DNA of 59,114 bases, filler included. It is 5 parts of 5 records of this genome, joined end to end, with 100 filler letters (N's around TTAATTAATTAA, not from the genome) between each part and the next. Parts side by side here need not be neighbours in the genome. Positions count along the whole stretch, not along the records: positions 1 to 25,945 come from DRR723986_9878; 4 more parts are not named here. One strand, 5' to 3'. Made by a program: the position numbers and the translations under genes. Shown piece by piece: positions 1 through 12,095 of the stretch (the stretch's first letter is position 1; the number at the start of each line of letters is the position of its first letter). Below the pieces are notes generated by a model. That model worked only from the letters and a program-made list of their open reading frames with translations. It was not told the origin of the DNA and searched no databases.

Positions 1-240
1 CTGCATCGCCATGTTCATCACATCCGCGCCCAGCCGTTTGCCCGCCAATTCAAAAGACGCCTGTGTCCGGGTGGAGTTTTCGAAGAACATATTTATCTGG
101 GTCATGCCTGAAAGAACATCGGCATGCTTGGTCGATTGTCTGTTCAGATCGACATAGGTTTCCGCCAGATCCAGAATGGCAGTAATATCGCTGGGGGAAA
201 GATGCTCGATGCCAAGAAGGTGACGGTGGGCAAAACTCAT
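1..240 (-). CDS. pyrB: Aspartate carbamoyltransferase catalytic subunit, 5' part (runs off window start)
   Basis: Not in ORF track. Manual translation from ATG at 240 gives [14 protein letters not shown]...[24 protein letters not shown], with the carbamoyl-phosphate-binding FFENSTRT motif. Confidence 0.95.
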   Translation of the reverse strand, partial: MSFAHRHLLGIEHLSPSDITAILDLAETYVDLNRQSTKHADVLSGMTQINMFFENSTRTQASFELAGKRLGADVMNMAMQ

Positions 241-313
241 GGCGCAGCTCCGATCTGACAATTTTCCCGCTTATAGAAAGGTCCCGCCCAAGGGGCAATA
301 TGTTGTGGCAGGG

Positions 314-994
314 TTAATCACCCTCTTGTTTGGGCGGTGTTGGAAGACATGTTCCGTCAGATTGACAGGTGAACCCCAACTCGCAAAGGGTGCCGCCCGG
401 GCAACGTGTCGCTCCGATCGAGGAACATGCCCCATCCTGCAGGCACAGCTGACCGGGTTTGCACCATTTTCCAAATCCGCAATCCACAGCATTTTGCGGG
501 ACGCACCCGCGGATTAGCGAGCATTTGAAACCGGGACGGCATTGCGATCCGGTTTCGCATAAGAACTCACCCGGTCTGGTACAGCCTCCGGTGGGCAGGC
601 AGGTTGTTCCGACGGGGCAGGCGGAGCCATTTCGACAATCGGTGCGGGCTTTTGGGATGCAGGCCCCGGTGGCAGAGCATTTCGTTCCGGGTGGGCACAC
701 AAGGCCGCTGGTGCATTTGCTCGCCCCATGCGCCTCACACCGCGTGCCCCCGTCGGTGCAGAACTGACCAACCGGGCAAGAGCGCCCGCCGCCGCAATAG
801 GTGCCCCCAAGCGGGATGCAATATCCATCCCAAGAACAGCGCTCACTCTGGGCGCAACATCCACGCGCTCCGCATTGGTGGGTGCCAACAGGGCATTGAG
901 TGTGAAATCCTACGCGCATTTCGCCAGCAAAGGATTGGACCCCAAGGAACAGGGCCATTAGTCCGCTAGCAAGAAGGCAAATGAAGGTGCGCAT
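314..994 (-). CDS. Secreted cysteine-rich repeat protein
   Basis: Signal peptide MRTFICLLASGLMALFLGVQSFA, then ~26-aa repeats C-x5-C-x2-G-x2-C-x5/6-C; 30 Cys in the mature chain. Confidence 0.75.
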   Translation of the reverse strand: MRTFICLLASGLMALFLGVQSFAGEMRVGFHTQCPVGTHQCGARGCCAQSERCSWDGYCIPLGGTYCGGGRSCPVGQFCTDGGTRCEAHGASKCTSGLVCPPGTKCSATGACIPKARTDCRNGSACPVGTTCLPTGGCTRPGEFLCETGSQCRPGFKCSLIRGCVPQNAVDCGFGKWCKPGQLCLQDGACSSIGATRCPGGTLCELGFTCQSDGTCLPTPPKQEGD

Positions 995-1092
995 GCATTT
1001 TGATCCGGTTTTTTGCATCGTCGGTGCCAGATACGATCCTGACAAGTGCCAATCCGCTTTCCCTCACCGCAGGGCAGGATAAAGTGGGCGCC

Positions 1093-1857
1093 ATGGAATC
1101 GGCCATCGACTATTACACCGCGCGGGCGCTGCTGGATTGGCAGATTGAGCTGGGCGTCACAGAAACCATCGGGGACAGCCCGGTGGATCGATATGCGTTG
1201 CCCGATACCACAGCCAAGCCTAAGCAGGCTGAACCGGGTGTGATACCGATCAAACCTGCCGCCGAAGATCCGGCAACGGTTGCTAAGAAGCTCGCTCTCA
1301 AAGCTGGGTCGCTGGACGACCTTAGGGCGGCGATGGCCGGGTTTGAGTTATGTGAGTTGAAAAAGGGCGCCCGCAATTTGGTGTTTGGGGGCGGCAACCC
1401 AGCGGCCAAAGTGATGATCATTGGCGAGGCCCCGGGACGAGAAGAAGATCGTGCCGGCCGACCGTTTGTCGGGTCCGCAGGCAATCTGTTAGACAAGATG
1501 CTGGCAGCGATCGATCTGGATCGGGAAACGTCGGTCTATGTGACCACCGTTTTGCCATGGCGTCCGCCACAGAACCGCGACCCGCGACCCGATGAAATCG
1601 GAATGCTCAAGCCATTTCTTGAACGTCATATCGAATTGGTGCAGCCCGAGATCTTGGTCTTGATGGGGAATATCAGTTGTCAGGCTATTCTGGGCAAACG
1701 TGGGATTACCCGATTGCGCGGCAAGTGGGAGCAGGCGCTAAGACGCCCGGTTCTGCCGATGCTCTCACCGGATCAGTTGTTGCGCCAACCACAGGCGAAA
1801 CGACAGGCTTGGGCGGACCTTTTGGAATTACAAGCAAAGCTGAAAACTGGAACCTGA
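1093..1857 (+). CDS. Uracil-DNA glycosylase, family 4
   Basis: GEAPGREED...PFVG, PWRPPQNRDP and LMGN motifs; ATG at 1093 (MESAIDYY). Confidence 0.9.
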   Translation: MESAIDYYTARALLDWQIELGVTETIGDSPVDRYALPDTTAKPKQAEPGVIPIKPAAEDPATVAKKLALKAGSLDDLRAAMAGFELCELKKGARNLVFGGGNPAAKVMIIGEAPGREEDRAGRPFVGSAGNLLDKMLAAIDLDRETSVYVTTVLPWRPPQNRDPRPDEIGMLKPFLERHIELVQPEILVLMGNISCQAILGKRGITRLRGKWEQALRRPVLPMLSPDQLLRQPQAKRQAWADLLELQAKLKTGT

Positions 1858-1860
1858 GCC

Positions 1861-2403
1861 ATGTCACGCATCGACGAAACCAAATCCTTTATCCCAGTCC
1901 GCATTGCGGTTTTGACGGTGTCCGATACGCGCGCTGTTGCGGATGACAAATCAGGTCAGACATTGGTGGATCGGATCGAAAAGGCCGGGCACACCGTTGC
2001 TGATCGCAAAATTTTACGCGATGAGCGGGCTGAGATTGCAGACCAATTGCGGGCCTGGGTGGCGGATTCTGAAATTGATGTGGTGATCTCGACGGGCGGC
2101 ACCGGACTGACGGGGCGGGATGTGACAGTCGAGGCGCATCGCGATGTCTATGAAAAGGAAATGGATGCCTTTGGCACCATCTTTACCATTATTTCGATGG
2201 AAAAAATTGGCACCTCTGCGGTGCAGTCACGCGCCACGGGTGGCGTCGCTGGTGGAACCTACTTGTTTGCACTGCCCGGCAGCCCGGGCGCGTGCAAGGA
2301 TGCTTGGGATGGCATTCTCGAGAAACAGCTCGATTATCGGCATCGCCCTTGCAACTTTGTCGAGATTCTTCCGCGATTGGACGAACATCAGCGACGGAAG
2401 TAA
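1861..2403 (+). CDS. moaB: Molybdenum cofactor biosynthesis protein B
   Basis: IAVLTVSD, DKSG, STGGTGLTGRDVT, LPGSPGAC and RPCNF motifs. Confidence 0.95.
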   Translation: MSRIDETKSFIPVRIAVLTVSDTRAVADDKSGQTLVDRIEKAGHTVADRKILRDERAEIADQLRAWVADSEIDVVISTGGTGLTGRDVTVEAHRDVYEKEMDAFGTIFTIISMEKIGTSAVQSRATGGVAGGTYLFALPGSPGACKDAWDGILEKQLDYRHRPCNFVEILPRLDEHQRRK

Positions 2404-2509
2404 TCTGAACAGACGTTGAACCCAAAGTGACCGCGTGTGGCTTGGCATTTCAGGATGCCCGGCTACATTGTTGGTACGGCAGCTAAGTGCGACCAGAAAA
2501 GGGAATTGA

Positions 2510-3970
2510 ATGCGGTTTCTCCGGCAGAGCCTTGTAGGCGTATTTTTGGCGTCTCTGACGCTTGCGCTGTTGATTTACGCCGGACAATTGGTTCTGGGCG
2601 CTGTTCAAACCCGATTGGCCGATGAAAAACGCGCCCCACAGGCCCGGGAACGTATCTTTGCGGTGAATGTCCAAACGGCAGAATTGGATACGATTACTCC
2701 GGTTCTGGAGGCCTTTGGGCAAGTCAGCAGCCGTCGTACGCTGGAACTGCGTGCAGCGGCGGGGGGCCGGATCATCGCCTTGGCGGAGTCGTTTGAAGAA
2801 GGGGGATCAGTCACCGAGGGCGATGTGTTGGTTCGAATTGATCCCGCAGATGCGCAATCGGCGCTGGATCGTGCCAATTCTGATTTTCTGGACTCCAAAG
2901 CCGAAGAGCGAGACGCCGGACGCGCGTTGATCCTTGCTGGCGATGAATTGCAAGCGGCAGTAGATCAGTCCGATTTGCGTGCGCGTGCCCTGAAGCGACA
3001 GATGGACTTGCAGGACCGGGGGGTTGGTACGGCTGCGGCGGCAGAAACCGCAGAACTGGCATTGGCATCGGCGCGACAAGCGGTATTGGCACGGCGAATT
3101 GCAGTGGCACAGGCAGAATCCCGGGTTGATCAAACCATCACCCGTTTAGCACGGGCGCAGATCGCACTGGATGCGGCTGAACGGGACGTTCAGGAAACCA
3201 CCGTGACGGCGGGTTTCAGTGGTACGCTGGGATCAGTCAATCTGGTCGAGGGGCGATTGGTCTCTGCCAACGAAAAGCTGGCAGAGCTGGTTGACCCCAT
3301 GTCACTTGAGGTCGCGTTTCGGGTCTCGACGGCGCAATACGCGCGGTTGCTGGATGGGGCGGGACAGTTGATCCCGGCCCCTGTCATCGCGGCGTTGGAT
3401 GTCACCGGGGCCGATCTACGGGCCACAGGCGTGATCAGCCGGGATGCTGCCGCTGCCGGCGACGGACAATCGGGGCGCCTGATTTTCGCACGCCTTTCTG
3501 AAGCGCCGGGGTTTAAGCCCGGCGACTTTGTAACGGTTCTGGTGGATGAGCCGCCTTTGTCCGGTGTCGTTCGATTACCGGCGTCTTCGCTAGACGCGGC
3601 GCATTCGGTCCTGATACTGGGCGAAGATGAGCGATTGGAAAGCTTGAATGTGGAGCTGGTGCGCCGACAGGGGGACGAAGTCCTGTTGCGTGGCGTTGGA
3701 TTGGCGGGGCGCGAAGTGATCGTGGGTCGCACGCCCTTGCTTGGGGCGGGCATCCGAGTGCGCCCTTTGCGCGATGGGCCGCAACTCCAATCCCAGCCCG
3801 AAGCTGCGATGTTAGAACTGACCGACGCGCGACGGGCCAAATTGGTCGCGTTCGTAGAAGGCAACAACAAGATGCCCGAAGCGATGAAAGCCCGTGTGCT
3901 GGAAAAGCTGACCGAGGCTAAAGTGCCAATGAAATTGGTCCAACGCATAGAATCTCGGATGGGGGGATAA
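2510..3970 (+). CDS. RND efflux periplasmic adaptor (membrane fusion protein)
   Basis: N-terminal TM, lipoyl-like halves around a coiled-coil hairpin; directly upstream of an AcrB-family gene. Confidence 0.9.
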   Translation: MRFLRQSLVGVFLASLTLALLIYAGQLVLGAVQTRLADEKRAPQARERIFAVNVQTAELDTITPVLEAFGQVSSRRTLELRAAAGGRIIALAESFEEGGSVTEGDVLVRIDPADAQSALDRANSDFLDSKAEERDAGRALILAGDELQAAVDQSDLRARALKRQMDLQDRGVGTAAAAETAELALASARQAVLARRIAVAQAESRVDQTITRLARAQIALDAAERDVQETTVTAGFSGTLGSVNLVEGRLVSANEKLAELVDPMSLEVAFRVSTAQYARLLDGAGQLIPAPVIAALDVTGADLRATGVISRDAAAAGDGQSGRLIFARLSEAPGFKPGDFVTVLVDEPPLSGVVRLPASSLDAAHSVLILGEDERLESLNVELVRRQGDEVLLRGVGLAGREVIVGRTPLLGAGIRVRPLRDGPQLQSQPEAAMLELTDARRAKLVAFVEGNNKMPEAMKARVLEKLTEAKVPMKLVQRIESRMGG

Positions 3971-3976
3971 GGCCCC

Positions 3977-6900
3977 ATGATGCGCGAGATCCCAAGTGCC
4001 GCGGGTGGCATTCTTAGTTATTTTACCCGCCACCGGACGGCGGCCAATCTGTTGCTGGTTGTCTTGGTGGTGTTGGGTACCGCCTCGATCCCGAATATGC
4101 GCGCGCAGTTTTTTCCCGATGTCATCGTTGAAAATGTCAGCGTTGGTGTGGTGTGGGAGGGCGCAGGCCCCGAAGATGTAGACAGCGCTATTGTGCAGGT
4201 TCTTGAACCGGCATTGTTGGCTGTGGACGGGGTCGAAAGCACGGAATCCACCTCTCGTGAGGGGACCGCCTCGATCAAGCTGGAATTTGAGCCGGGTTGG
4301 GACATGTCCCGTGCTGGAGATGATGTGCAATCTGCCGTGGATGGGGTGACCACCCTGCCGGCAGATGCCGAAGACCCAACCGTTCGGCGTGGGGTTTGGC
4401 GCGACAGGGTGACAGATGTAGTCGTGACCGGCCCCATCGGGCCAGAGCAATTGGGCCTGTTCGCGGATGAGTTTATCACACGTCTGTTTGCCGAGGGAGT
4501 GACGCGGACCTCGATTAGAGGAGTGGCCGCGCCTCAGACCATCGTCGAAGTGCCCTCCGCGCAGTTGATTGCGAATGATATCGGCATGTCCGATATTGCA
4601 TCGGCAATCGCCGCCGAGGTGAATGCCGATCCGGCCGGGGATGTGTCGGGGGCAAATGCCCGTGTGCGTACAGGGGTGGCCAAGCGCACGCCGGAAGAGA
4701 TTGAACAGATTGTTCTGCGATCCAATGCAGATGGGTCAAAGCTGACAATTGGGGATGTGGCGACCATTCGGGTCGAAGGGGTCAATCGCAATCGCAGCTA
4801 TTTCGTTGGGGATGATCCGGCGATGTCGATCCGTATTGACCGGTCGACACAAGGCGACGCGATCAAAATACAAGCCGCAGTGCAAAAAGTTGCAGATGAG
4901 ATGCAGCTTAGCCTGCCACAGGGTGTGACGCTGGAGCTGATCAGAACGCGCGCGGCGGCAATCACCGGGCGTCTAGATATCCTTGTCGACAACGGGTTGA
5001 TGGGGTTGGTGTTTGTTGTTGCATTGCTGTTCTTGTTCCTGAACGCGCGCATTGCATTTTGGGTGGCGGCAGGAATTCCAGCGGCAATGTTTGCCGCAAT
5101 TGCATTGATGTATGTGGCGGGCCTGACGATCAATATGATCTCGTTGTTTGGCCTGATCATCACGTTGGGCATTGTTGTTGATGATGCGATTGTGGTCGGC
5201 GAACACGCAGATTTCAGGGCGCGGCGTCTGGGGGAGCATCCCGTTGTGGCGTCAGAGCGCGCCGCGCAGCGGATGGCGATGCCTGTCTTTGCGGCCACGC
5301 TCACGACCGTGATTGCCTTTTTTGGATTGATTTCGATTGGCGGTCGGTTTGGTGATTTGATCCGGGATATCCCGTTCACAGTCATCGTCGTGCTGATTGC
5401 ATCGCTGGTGGAATGTTTCCTGATCCTTCCTAATCATATGTCCCATGCCATTGCGCATTCAACCAAAGAGCATTGGTATGATTTGCCCAACAGGGTCGTG
5501 AACCGGGGGTTTCGCTGGGTGCGGGACCATCTGTTCCGCCCGCTCATTGGTTGGGTTGTTTGGGGGCGCTATATCGTTTTCGCAGGTGCTTTGGTCATCC
5601 TGGCGAGCCAGGCGGCCCTATTCATTCGGGGCGATGTGAAGTGGCGGTTTTTTAACGCCCCAGAGCGCGGCTCTGTGACGGGGAATTTCGCCATGGTCGA
5701 AGGGGCCACACGCGCGGATACTCTAGAGATGATGCGCGAGATGCAGCGCGCGACCGAGGCATTAGGCGTTCGATACGAAGAGGAATATGGGCGCAACCCA
5801 CTGGATTATGTCATGGCTGAAGTTGGCGGCAATGCGGGCTGGGGGCTGTCTGGCGTCGACACCAAGGAAAAGGATCTACTGGGGGGCATTTCAATTGAGT
5901 TGATTGACGCTGATTTGCGACCCTATTCCAGTTTTGCGTTTGTGGGCGAGCTGCAAGACATGGTCGTGCGTCACCCAATGGCTGAAATTGTCACCTTTCG
6001 GGGATGGCGGTCCGGCCCCGGTGGGGATGCGTTGGATGTGCAATTTTACGGGGCAGATGTTGCCACGCTCAAGGCGGCGTCAGAGGATCTGCAAACGGCG
6101 GTGTTGCGCTATCCCGAAGTGTCAGCGGTCGAGGACAATCTGGCTTATGACAAAGAAGAGGTTATCCTGGATTTAACTGCACAGGGGCAGTCGCTTGGGT
6201 TCACGATCGAAACATTGGGCCGCGCCTTGCGCGCCCGATTGAATGGGATCGAGGCTGCGACGTATCCCGAGGGTCCGCGTAGCGCTGAAATCCGGGTTGA
6301 GCTGCCTGATGGCGAGCTTACCGCTGATTTTCTGGAACGGACGCTGTTGCGATCCCCGCAGGGTGTTTACGTGCCGCTTGCGGATATCGTTTCAGTCACC
6401 CAACGCACAGGGTTTTCAACGGTACGACGTGAAAATGGTGTGCGCCTGATTTCGGTCACTGGGGATATTTCCGAAGACGATCCAGCCCGTGCCAGCGAGA
6501 TTACCCAAACTTTGCGGGATGAGATCTTGCCCAAAATTGCCAGCGAGCGGCAAGTTGAATGGCGCATGTCGGGCCTCAGCGAACAAGAGGATGATTTCCT
6601 CAATGATGCGCGCACGGGTTTGATTTTATGTTTGACCGGCATCTATCTGGTGCTGGCATGGGTTTTCGCCAGTTGGACACGCCCGCTGGTGGTCATGGCA
6701 ATCATTCCGTTTGGATTGGTTGGGACCATTTGGGGGCACTACATTTGGTCGGTTCCGCTCAGCATGTTCACGGTCGTGGGGTTGCTGGGAATGACCGGCA
6801 TCATCATCAATGATTCCATTGTTTTGGTCACCACGATTGACGAATACGCCGAAGAACGCGGTCTGGTTCCGTCAATCATTGATGGAACTGCTGATCGCTT

Positions 6901-7381
6901 GCGACCCGTGATGCTGACAACTTTGACGACGGTTTTGGGTCTTGCGCCCCTGCTTTACGAAAGTTCGCAGCAGGCACAGTTTTTGAAACCAACCGTGATC
7001 ACGCTAGTGTATGGATTGGGCTTTGGAATGGGCTTGGTGTTGTTGGTTGTTCCCGCCCTGATCGCAATTCAGCGCGATGTATCGCGTCCTTTGACTGCTT
7101 TGCGACGGGCCATCCGCAGTCCTGACCGGGGAATTCGCGCAATTGCGTTCGCGGCTTCAGTCACCGTTGTCGGGTGGCTTGCCGCAACTGTGGCTTGGGC
7201 AGCTTATTTTGGACATCTACCTGCCCCTCTTCTGACCGCGATACCGCGACTAGCGGAGATGGATGCGATGCGTGCTGGCTTGTTTGCGTTTGTGATTGGG
7301 GCGCTGGCCATTATTTTGGTGATTTATCTTCTGGCTGCAATGATTTACTGGCGCGTGTTTTCAAAGGCTAAAGGCGCGTAA
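3977..7381 (+). CDS. RND efflux permease, AcrB/AcrD/AcrF family
   Basis: 1134 aa; [21 protein letters not shown] and [12 protein letters not shown] motifs. Confidence 0.95.
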   Translation: MMREIPSAAGGILSYFTRHRTAANLLLVVLVVLGTASIPNMRAQFFPDVIVENVSVGVVWEGAGPEDVDSAIVQVLEPALLAVDGVESTESTSREGTASIKLEFEPGWDMSRAGDDVQSAVDGVTTLPADAEDPTVRRGVWRDRVTDVVVTGPIGPEQLGLFADEFITRLFAEGVTRTSIRGVAAPQTIVEVPSAQLIANDIGMSDIASAIAAEVNADPAGDVSGANARVRTGVAKRTPEEIEQIVLRSNADGSKLTIGDVATIRVEGVNRNRSYFVGDDPAMSIRIDRSTQGDAIKIQAAVQKVADEMQLSLPQGVTLELIRTRAAAITGRLDILVDNGLMGLVFVVALLFLFLNARIAFWVAAGIPAAMFAAIALMYVAGLTINMISLFGLIITLGIVVDDAIVVGEHADFRARRLGEHPVVASERAAQRMAMPVFAATLTTVIAFFGLISIGGRFGDLIRDIPFTVIVVLIASLVECFLILPNHMSHAIAHSTKEHWYDLPNRVVNRGFRWVRDHLFRPLIGWVVWGRYIVFAGALVILASQAALFIRGDVKWRFFNAPERGSVTGNFAMVEGATRADTLEMMREMQRATEALGVRYEEEYGRNPLDYVMAEVGGNAGWGLSGVDTKEKDLLGGISIELIDADLRPYSSFAFVGELQDMVVRHPMAEIVTFRGWRSGPGGDALDVQFYGADVATLKAASEDLQTAVLRYPEVSAVEDNLAYDKEEVILDLTAQGQSLGFTIETLGRALRARLNGIEAATYPEGPRSAEIRVELPDGELTADFLERTLLRSPQGVYVPLADIVSVTQRTGFSTVRRENGVRLISVTGDISEDDPARASEITQTLRDEILPKIASERQVEWRMSGLSEQEDDFLNDARTGLILCLTGIYLVLAWVFASWTRPLVVMAIIPFGLVGTIWGHYIWSVPLSMFTVVGLLGMTGIIINDSIVLVTTIDEYAEERGLVPSIIDGTADRLRPVMLTTLTTVLGLAPLLYESSQQAQFLKPTVITLVYGLGFGMGLVLLVVPALIAIQRDVSRPLTALRRAIRSPDRGIRAIAFAASVTVVGWLAATVAWAAYFGHLPAPLLTAIPRLAEMDAMRAGLFAFVIGALAIILVIYLLAAMIYWRVFSKAKGA

Positions 7382-7787
7382 GGGCCAATTCCATCAAGTC
7401 GATGACCCGTGCACTCATCGGAAGGGTGTTTGCGCGGATCTCATCTATCGAAAACCACTGGGCATCGCTGACGTCATCGGCGGCAATCGGGGTGCCGCTC
7501 ACATAAGTGCAGGCGACGCCAACCAGCAGGTAGTGGGTGGTGACATGCCCCTGATCATCCGTGCGCAACAGATCGTAGTTGGTTAGATATTCGACAGGGT
7601 TGGCTAGTACACCGGTTTCTTCGTGCAATTCCCGTGCGGCAGCGGCCAACGCGGTTTCACCCCATTCCACGTGTCCGCCGGGAAACCCCCACATGCCTGC
7701 ATCGGGTTGTTTCTTGCGCTTTGCCAACAGGACGTGACCGTCAAGGATGACAACGGCAATCGCACCAAGAAGGGGGGGCTGTGACAT
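7368..7787 (-). CDS. NUDIX hydrolase
   Basis: Nudix box [23 protein letters not shown]. Confidence 0.93.
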   Translation of the reverse strand: MSQPPLLGAIAVVILDGHVLLAKRKKQPDAGMWGFPGGHVEWGETALAAAARELHEETGVLANPVEYLTNYDLLRTDDQGHVTTHYLLVGVACTYVSGTPIAADDVSDAQWFSIDEIRANTLPMSARVIDLMELALTRL

Positions 7788-7801
7788 GTTTCGGGGTACT
7801 C

Positions 7802-8605
7802 TTAGCTGGGGGAGCAGCCCAGAATGTCGACTGCGTGTTTACTGCCGAGCACCGTAATGCGCATTTCAGAGCGGTCCAGTGCAAAGGCGCCACCAGAGTT
7901 GTTAACCAGCTCTGAGGTTGCGATCAAAGTATTCCCTTGCCGACGGGTTTGCGCTTCGGACGCCCACAGCTGGGGGTTGCCGGGTTCAAACACCAAAACC
8001 TCGGGGCCCCCGGCAGAGGGCATTGCAATGCGAGCTTCGATCTGCATGCCATCGGCTGTGGGGGACAGGCGGCAGGTGGCCGATTTAACCCCGGCCTCGC
8101 GCTTGGAAAAGGGGCGCTGTGCCATCGCTGCCGCAATGGCCGGGTTACGTTTCGCATCGGTATTCAGCCGGTGATCGAAATCTAGATTCCCGGGCACACA
8201 GACATCTTTGCAGACACCAAAAGAAACGTCGCCGCGCAAACGCATCGGTTTACCGGATCGTTTCGGCGTGATTTCAACCGGCAAGACAAGCTGGTTCTTG
8301 TATCCGATTGAGCGAAGTCCGTTTTGGTCAAAGACATGTGGGGCCGGCCAGGTGATCGATACCTCGCCCACGTTCTGCGATTTGCTCCAATCGATCTCGG
8401 GCGGAATGCCTGCATCGCCGGGCGCGCGCCAATAGGTTTTCCACCCCTCTGACAGGGTCAGGCGAATTGCCCCCATGTACGTGCCGCGCTTGGTAACGCC
8501 GCCATCCAGAATATCAAGCTGCACCAGATCATCCATGCCCCCGGCAAAAGCGGAAGTCGAGAACACAGCACACAGGGCGAGGGCGGTAGAGGTCATCTTG
8601 AACAT
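7802..8605 (-). CDS. Secreted DsbD N-terminal-like domain protein
   Basis: Signal peptide; [16 protein letters not shown] and VCKDVCVP motifs. Confidence 0.85.
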   Translation of the reverse strand: MFKMTSTALALCAVFSTSAFAGGMDDLVQLDILDGGVTKRGTYMGAIRLTLSEGWKTYWRAPGDAGIPPEIDWSKSQNVGEVSITWPAPHVFDQNGLRSIGYKNQLVLPVEITPKRSGKPMRLRGDVSFGVCKDVCVPGNLDFDHRLNTDAKRNPAIAAAMAQRPFSKREAGVKSATCRLSPTADGMQIEARIAMPSAGGPEVLVFEPGNPQLWASEAQTRRQGNTLIATSELVNNSGGAFALDRSEMRITVLGSKHAVDILGCSPS

Positions 8606-8747
8606 ATCTCATAGATGCGATGCCAACCCTGAAATGCCAAGTCACGTTGACGTCACATCGGCGTTTTTGCGCATTTTTAGATGAGTTCCCTTGCGCATGG
8701 AGCAGGGCAGGGCCATTCTGAAACGAAGCAAGAAGGACTATACCCAA

Positions 8748-9305
8748 ATGATGGACCTGACCGGTAAACTGCTGATTGCCATGCCCGGCATGGAGGACCC
8801 TCGGTTTGATCATTCGGTAATCTATGTGTGCAGCCACACTGCAGATGGGGCCATGGGGCTGATTGTCAACAAACCGGCGGATTTGCCATTGTCTGCCTTG
8901 CTGAACCAACTTGATATTTCGTGCGACAATCCCGATGTCGGCGCGTTGCCAGTGCGCTTTGGGGGGCCGGTGGAAACCGCACGCGGGTTTGTGCTGCACT
9001 CAGCAGAATACGAGGCCAGCCTGCATTCAACCGACATCGCAGATGGGTTTCGAATGACTGCGACGTTGGATATTCTCGAAGATATCGCCAATGGCGAAGG
9101 GCCCAAGCAGGAGCTGCTGATGCTGGGCTATTCTGGGTGGGGGCCGGGGCAATTGGAAGGCGAGATTGCCCAGAACGGCTGGTTGACCACGGATGCGGAT
9201 GCGCATCTGATTTTTGCGCTGCCGGATCACCAGAAATGGGAAGCAGCCCTGAAATCTTTGGGGGTGGATGCGCTGACCCTCTCGGCCAGTGCCGGACACG
9301 CTTGA
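8748..9305 (+). CDS. YqgE/AlgH family protein
   Basis: [28 protein letters not shown] and [13 protein letters not shown] motifs. Confidence 0.93.
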   Translation: MMDLTGKLLIAMPGMEDPRFDHSVIYVCSHTADGAMGLIVNKPADLPLSALLNQLDISCDNPDVGALPVRFGGPVETARGFVLHSAEYEASLHSTDIADGFRMTATLDILEDIANGEGPKQELLMLGYSGWGPGQLEGEIAQNGWLTTDADAHLIFALPDHQKWEAALKSLGVDALTLSASAGHA

Positions 9306-9311
9306 TCTTTT

Positions 9312-10262
9312 CTACTGATCTCGTGGCGCCGCCGCACGGCTGAGGCGGTCGTTGATCGCTGCGCCCAGCCCGTGCATCGGGATCGGAGCTACTGCAATGG
9401 GTCGTCCGGTTTTGTCCAGTCGGTGCAAGGCGGAAAATAGCTGTGCGGCGGCTTCGGTCACGTCCCCAGCCTCTGACAGGTTCAGGTCACAGGCCATATC
9501 CCCAAACCCCAGCAGAATTTCATCGCCCTGAGGTGTTGAGACATTCAACCGAACCGCTGAATCTGGGGCGTAGTGGGATAAGAGTTGCCCCGGTGCGTTC
9601 AGGGCCTCACCTTGTTGATGCACGTGCAATTCTTGATTTAGCGCGGCTTCGATTTCTTCGCGAGCCAATCCACCGGGGCGCAGCAGTGTCGGATCACCGG
9701 CAAGGCCAAGTATGGTAGACTCCAGGCCGACATCGCAGGTGCCATCGTCAAGAATGGCTGCAATGCGTCCGTTTAACCCGTCGCGAACATGTTGTGCGGT
9801 TGTCGGGCTAATCCGACCAGACGGGTTGGCCGAGGGTGCAGCGACCGGACCATCAAACGATCGCAGCAGCTGTTGTGCTGCCGGATGGGCAGGCATTCGA
9901 ACGGCCAATGTGTCCAAGCCAGCGGTCACAAGTGATGAAATTCCGTGATCGGGCTTGAGCGGTAAGACCAGTGTCAGCGGCCCCGGCCAGAACGCTAGCG
10001 TCAGGCGCTCGGCTGCATCGTTCCAGTGAACATGGCGGCGCGCGGCCTCGGGACTGGCGACGTGTGCGATCAAGGGGTTAAAGCTGGGCCGTCCTTTGGC
10101 TGCAAAGATTTGCGCAACAGCATCGTCACTACGTGCGTCCCCGCCCAGACCGTAAACTGTTTCTGTAGGGAACGCGACCAACTCTCCGGCATCGAGCAGT
10201 TTTGCGGCCTGCTGGATGCCGTCCAAATCGGCGGTCAGATACAAAGTGTCTTTACGGTTCAT
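9312..10262 (-). CDS. L-threonylcarbamoyladenylate synthase (Sua5/TsaC family)
   Basis: PTETVYGLG, KGRPSFNPLIAH and PSANPSG motifs, plus SUA5 C-terminal PGQLLSHYAP. Confidence 0.95.
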   Translation of the reverse strand: MNRKDTLYLTADLDGIQQAAKLLDAGELVAFPTETVYGLGGDARSDDAVAQIFAAKGRPSFNPLIAHVASPEAARRHVHWNDAAERLTLAFWPGPLTLVLPLKPDHGISSLVTAGLDTLAVRMPAHPAAQQLLRSFDGPVAAPSANPSGRISPTTAQHVRDGLNGRIAAILDDGTCDVGLESTILGLAGDPTLLRPGGLAREEIEAALNQELHVHQQGEALNAPGQLLSHYAPDSAVRLNVSTPQGDEILLGFGDMACDLNLSEAGDVTEAAAQLFSALHRLDKTGRPIAVAPIPMHGLGAAINDRLSRAAAPRDQ

Positions 10263-10391
10263 GATGGGTGACGCGGCGTTTCGGTTGCTTGCAGGATCGG
10301 TCTAGAGTGGTAATCGTCCAAGCCCTGTTCAATACCGGTGCATTACGTGGATGCCAAGCCCACTCGCACCTTCAGCTTTTCGAGGGAGCCC

Positions 10392-12095
10392 ATGCCGTAT
10401 CGTGCACCAGTCACCGACTATGAATTTCTGTTCCGCCATGTGATTGGCTTTGATCAGGTTGCCGGAACCGAGCGATTTGCGGAAGCGTCCGATGATATGG
10501 TCAGCGCCATTTTAACCGAAGCTGGCAAGATGTCCGAAGAGGTGATGTCGCCCCTGCAACGCCCCGGTGATTTGGAACCTGCCCGTTTGGAAAACGGCAT
10601 CGTGCGTACGTCGCCCGGTTTTGCGGATGGATGGAACGCCATTGCTCAAGGCGGTTGGATCGGAATGAGCGGGAATCCGGAATATGGTGGCATGGGCTTG
10701 CCGATGACGGTTGCGACCTCTGTCAACGAGATGATGAGCGCGGCCTGCTTGTCCCTGCAATTGGCTCCGTTGATGAGCCAAGGTCAGATCGAAGCGATGG
10801 AACATCATGCCAGCGATGCCATCAAGGATCTATACCTGCCAAAATTGATGTCAGGGGAATGGTCCGGCACAATGAATCTGACTGAGCCACAAGCGGGTTC
10901 AGATGTTGGCGCATTGTCATCAAAGGCCGTACCAAATGGTGACGGCACCTATTCGGTTACAGGACAAAAGATCTATATCAGCTGGGGTGATAACGATTTC
11001 GCCAAGAATATATGTCATTTGGTACTGGCGCGTCTTCCTGATGGGGTGCCCGGAACCAAGGGTATCAGCCTGTTTGTAGTGCCGCGTAACCTGCCAGATG
11101 ACCAAGATGATGCGGGGGGTGCAAACAGCCTCAAGGTCGTGTCGCTGGAACACAAAATGGGCCTTCATGGGTCTCCCACTTGCGTGATGCAGTTCGACGG
11201 GGCCAAGGGGTGGCTGGTTGGTAAGGAACATGGCGGGATGGCCGCAATGTTCACCATGATGAATAACGCGCGTCTGGGTGTTGGCGGGCAGGGGGTTGGT
11301 GTGGCCGAGGGGGCTTACCAGCAGGCGCTCACCTATGCGTTGGAGCGCAAGCAGGGCAAATCAGCGGGGGGATCTATCGCGGATCATGCCGATGTGCGCC
11401 GGATGTTGATGAGCATGAAAGCAGATGTTTTCGCAGCGCGCGCCATTTTGTTGTCCTGTGCTGTTGCCATCGACATGCAAACCGCCACCGGCGATGCCGA
11501 TTGGGCGGCGCGGGCAGCGTTTCTGACACCGATTGCCAAAGCGTTTGGCACAGACACCGGAATATCCGTCGCAGATACCGGCGTGCAGGTCCATGGTGGC
11601 ATGGGTTTCATCGAAGAAACCGGCGCAGCCCAGTTCTATCGCGATGTGCGTGTCACCGCGATTTACGAGGGGACCAATGGCATTCAGGCCATGGATTTGG
11701 TCGCGCGAAAAATGATGGACGACGGCGATGCTGCGGCGCGTCTGCTGGATGAAATCGAAGATCACGCCGAGCAGGCGCGCAGTACTTTACCTGAACTCGC
11801 CGAATCCGTTTGGGAAGCGACAGAAACCCTGCGTGAAGCCACAGAATGGTTGGCCGATCAGAAAGATCTGAACGAGAGGTTCGCGGGGGCGGTTCCTTAC
11901 TTGCGCGCCTTTGCACGTGTACTTGGTGGGCATTATCATTTAATGGCGGCCTTGGCTGATCCGGGCGGGCCACGGGAAAAACTGGCGCGGTTTTACATAA
12001 ACGCTTTGCTGCCCGAACATACCGGCCTGCTGGTGCAATCACAAAATGGCGCTGGGGATCTCTATGCGCTTAATCTGGAAGAGTTGGCAGAATAA
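10392..12095 (+). CDS. Acyl-CoA dehydrogenase
   Basis: TMNLTEPQAGSDVG, GQKIYIS, EHKMGLHGSPT, QVHGGMG and IYEGTNGIQ motifs. Confidence 0.95.
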   Translation: MPYRAPVTDYEFLFRHVIGFDQVAGTERFAEASDDMVSAILTEAGKMSEEVMSPLQRPGDLEPARLENGIVRTSPGFADGWNAIAQGGWIGMSGNPEYGGMGLPMTVATSVNEMMSAACLSLQLAPLMSQGQIEAMEHHASDAIKDLYLPKLMSGEWSGTMNLTEPQAGSDVGALSSKAVPNGDGTYSVTGQKIYISWGDNDFAKNICHLVLARLPDGVPGTKGISLFVVPRNLPDDQDDAGGANSLKVVSLEHKMGLHGSPTCVMQFDGAKGWLVGKEHGGMAAMFTMMNNARLGVGGQGVGVAEGAYQQALTYALERKQGKSAGGSIADHADVRRMLMSMKADVFAARAILLSCAVAIDMQTATGDADWAARAAFLTPIAKAFGTDTGISVADTGVQVHGGMGFIEETGAAQFYRDVRVTAIYEGTNGIQAMDLVARKMMDDGDAAARLLDEIEDHAEQARSTLPELAESVWEATETLREATEWLADQKDLNERFAGAVPYLRAFARVLGGHYHLMAALADPGGPREKLARFYINALLPEHTGLLVQSQNGAGDLYALNLEELAE

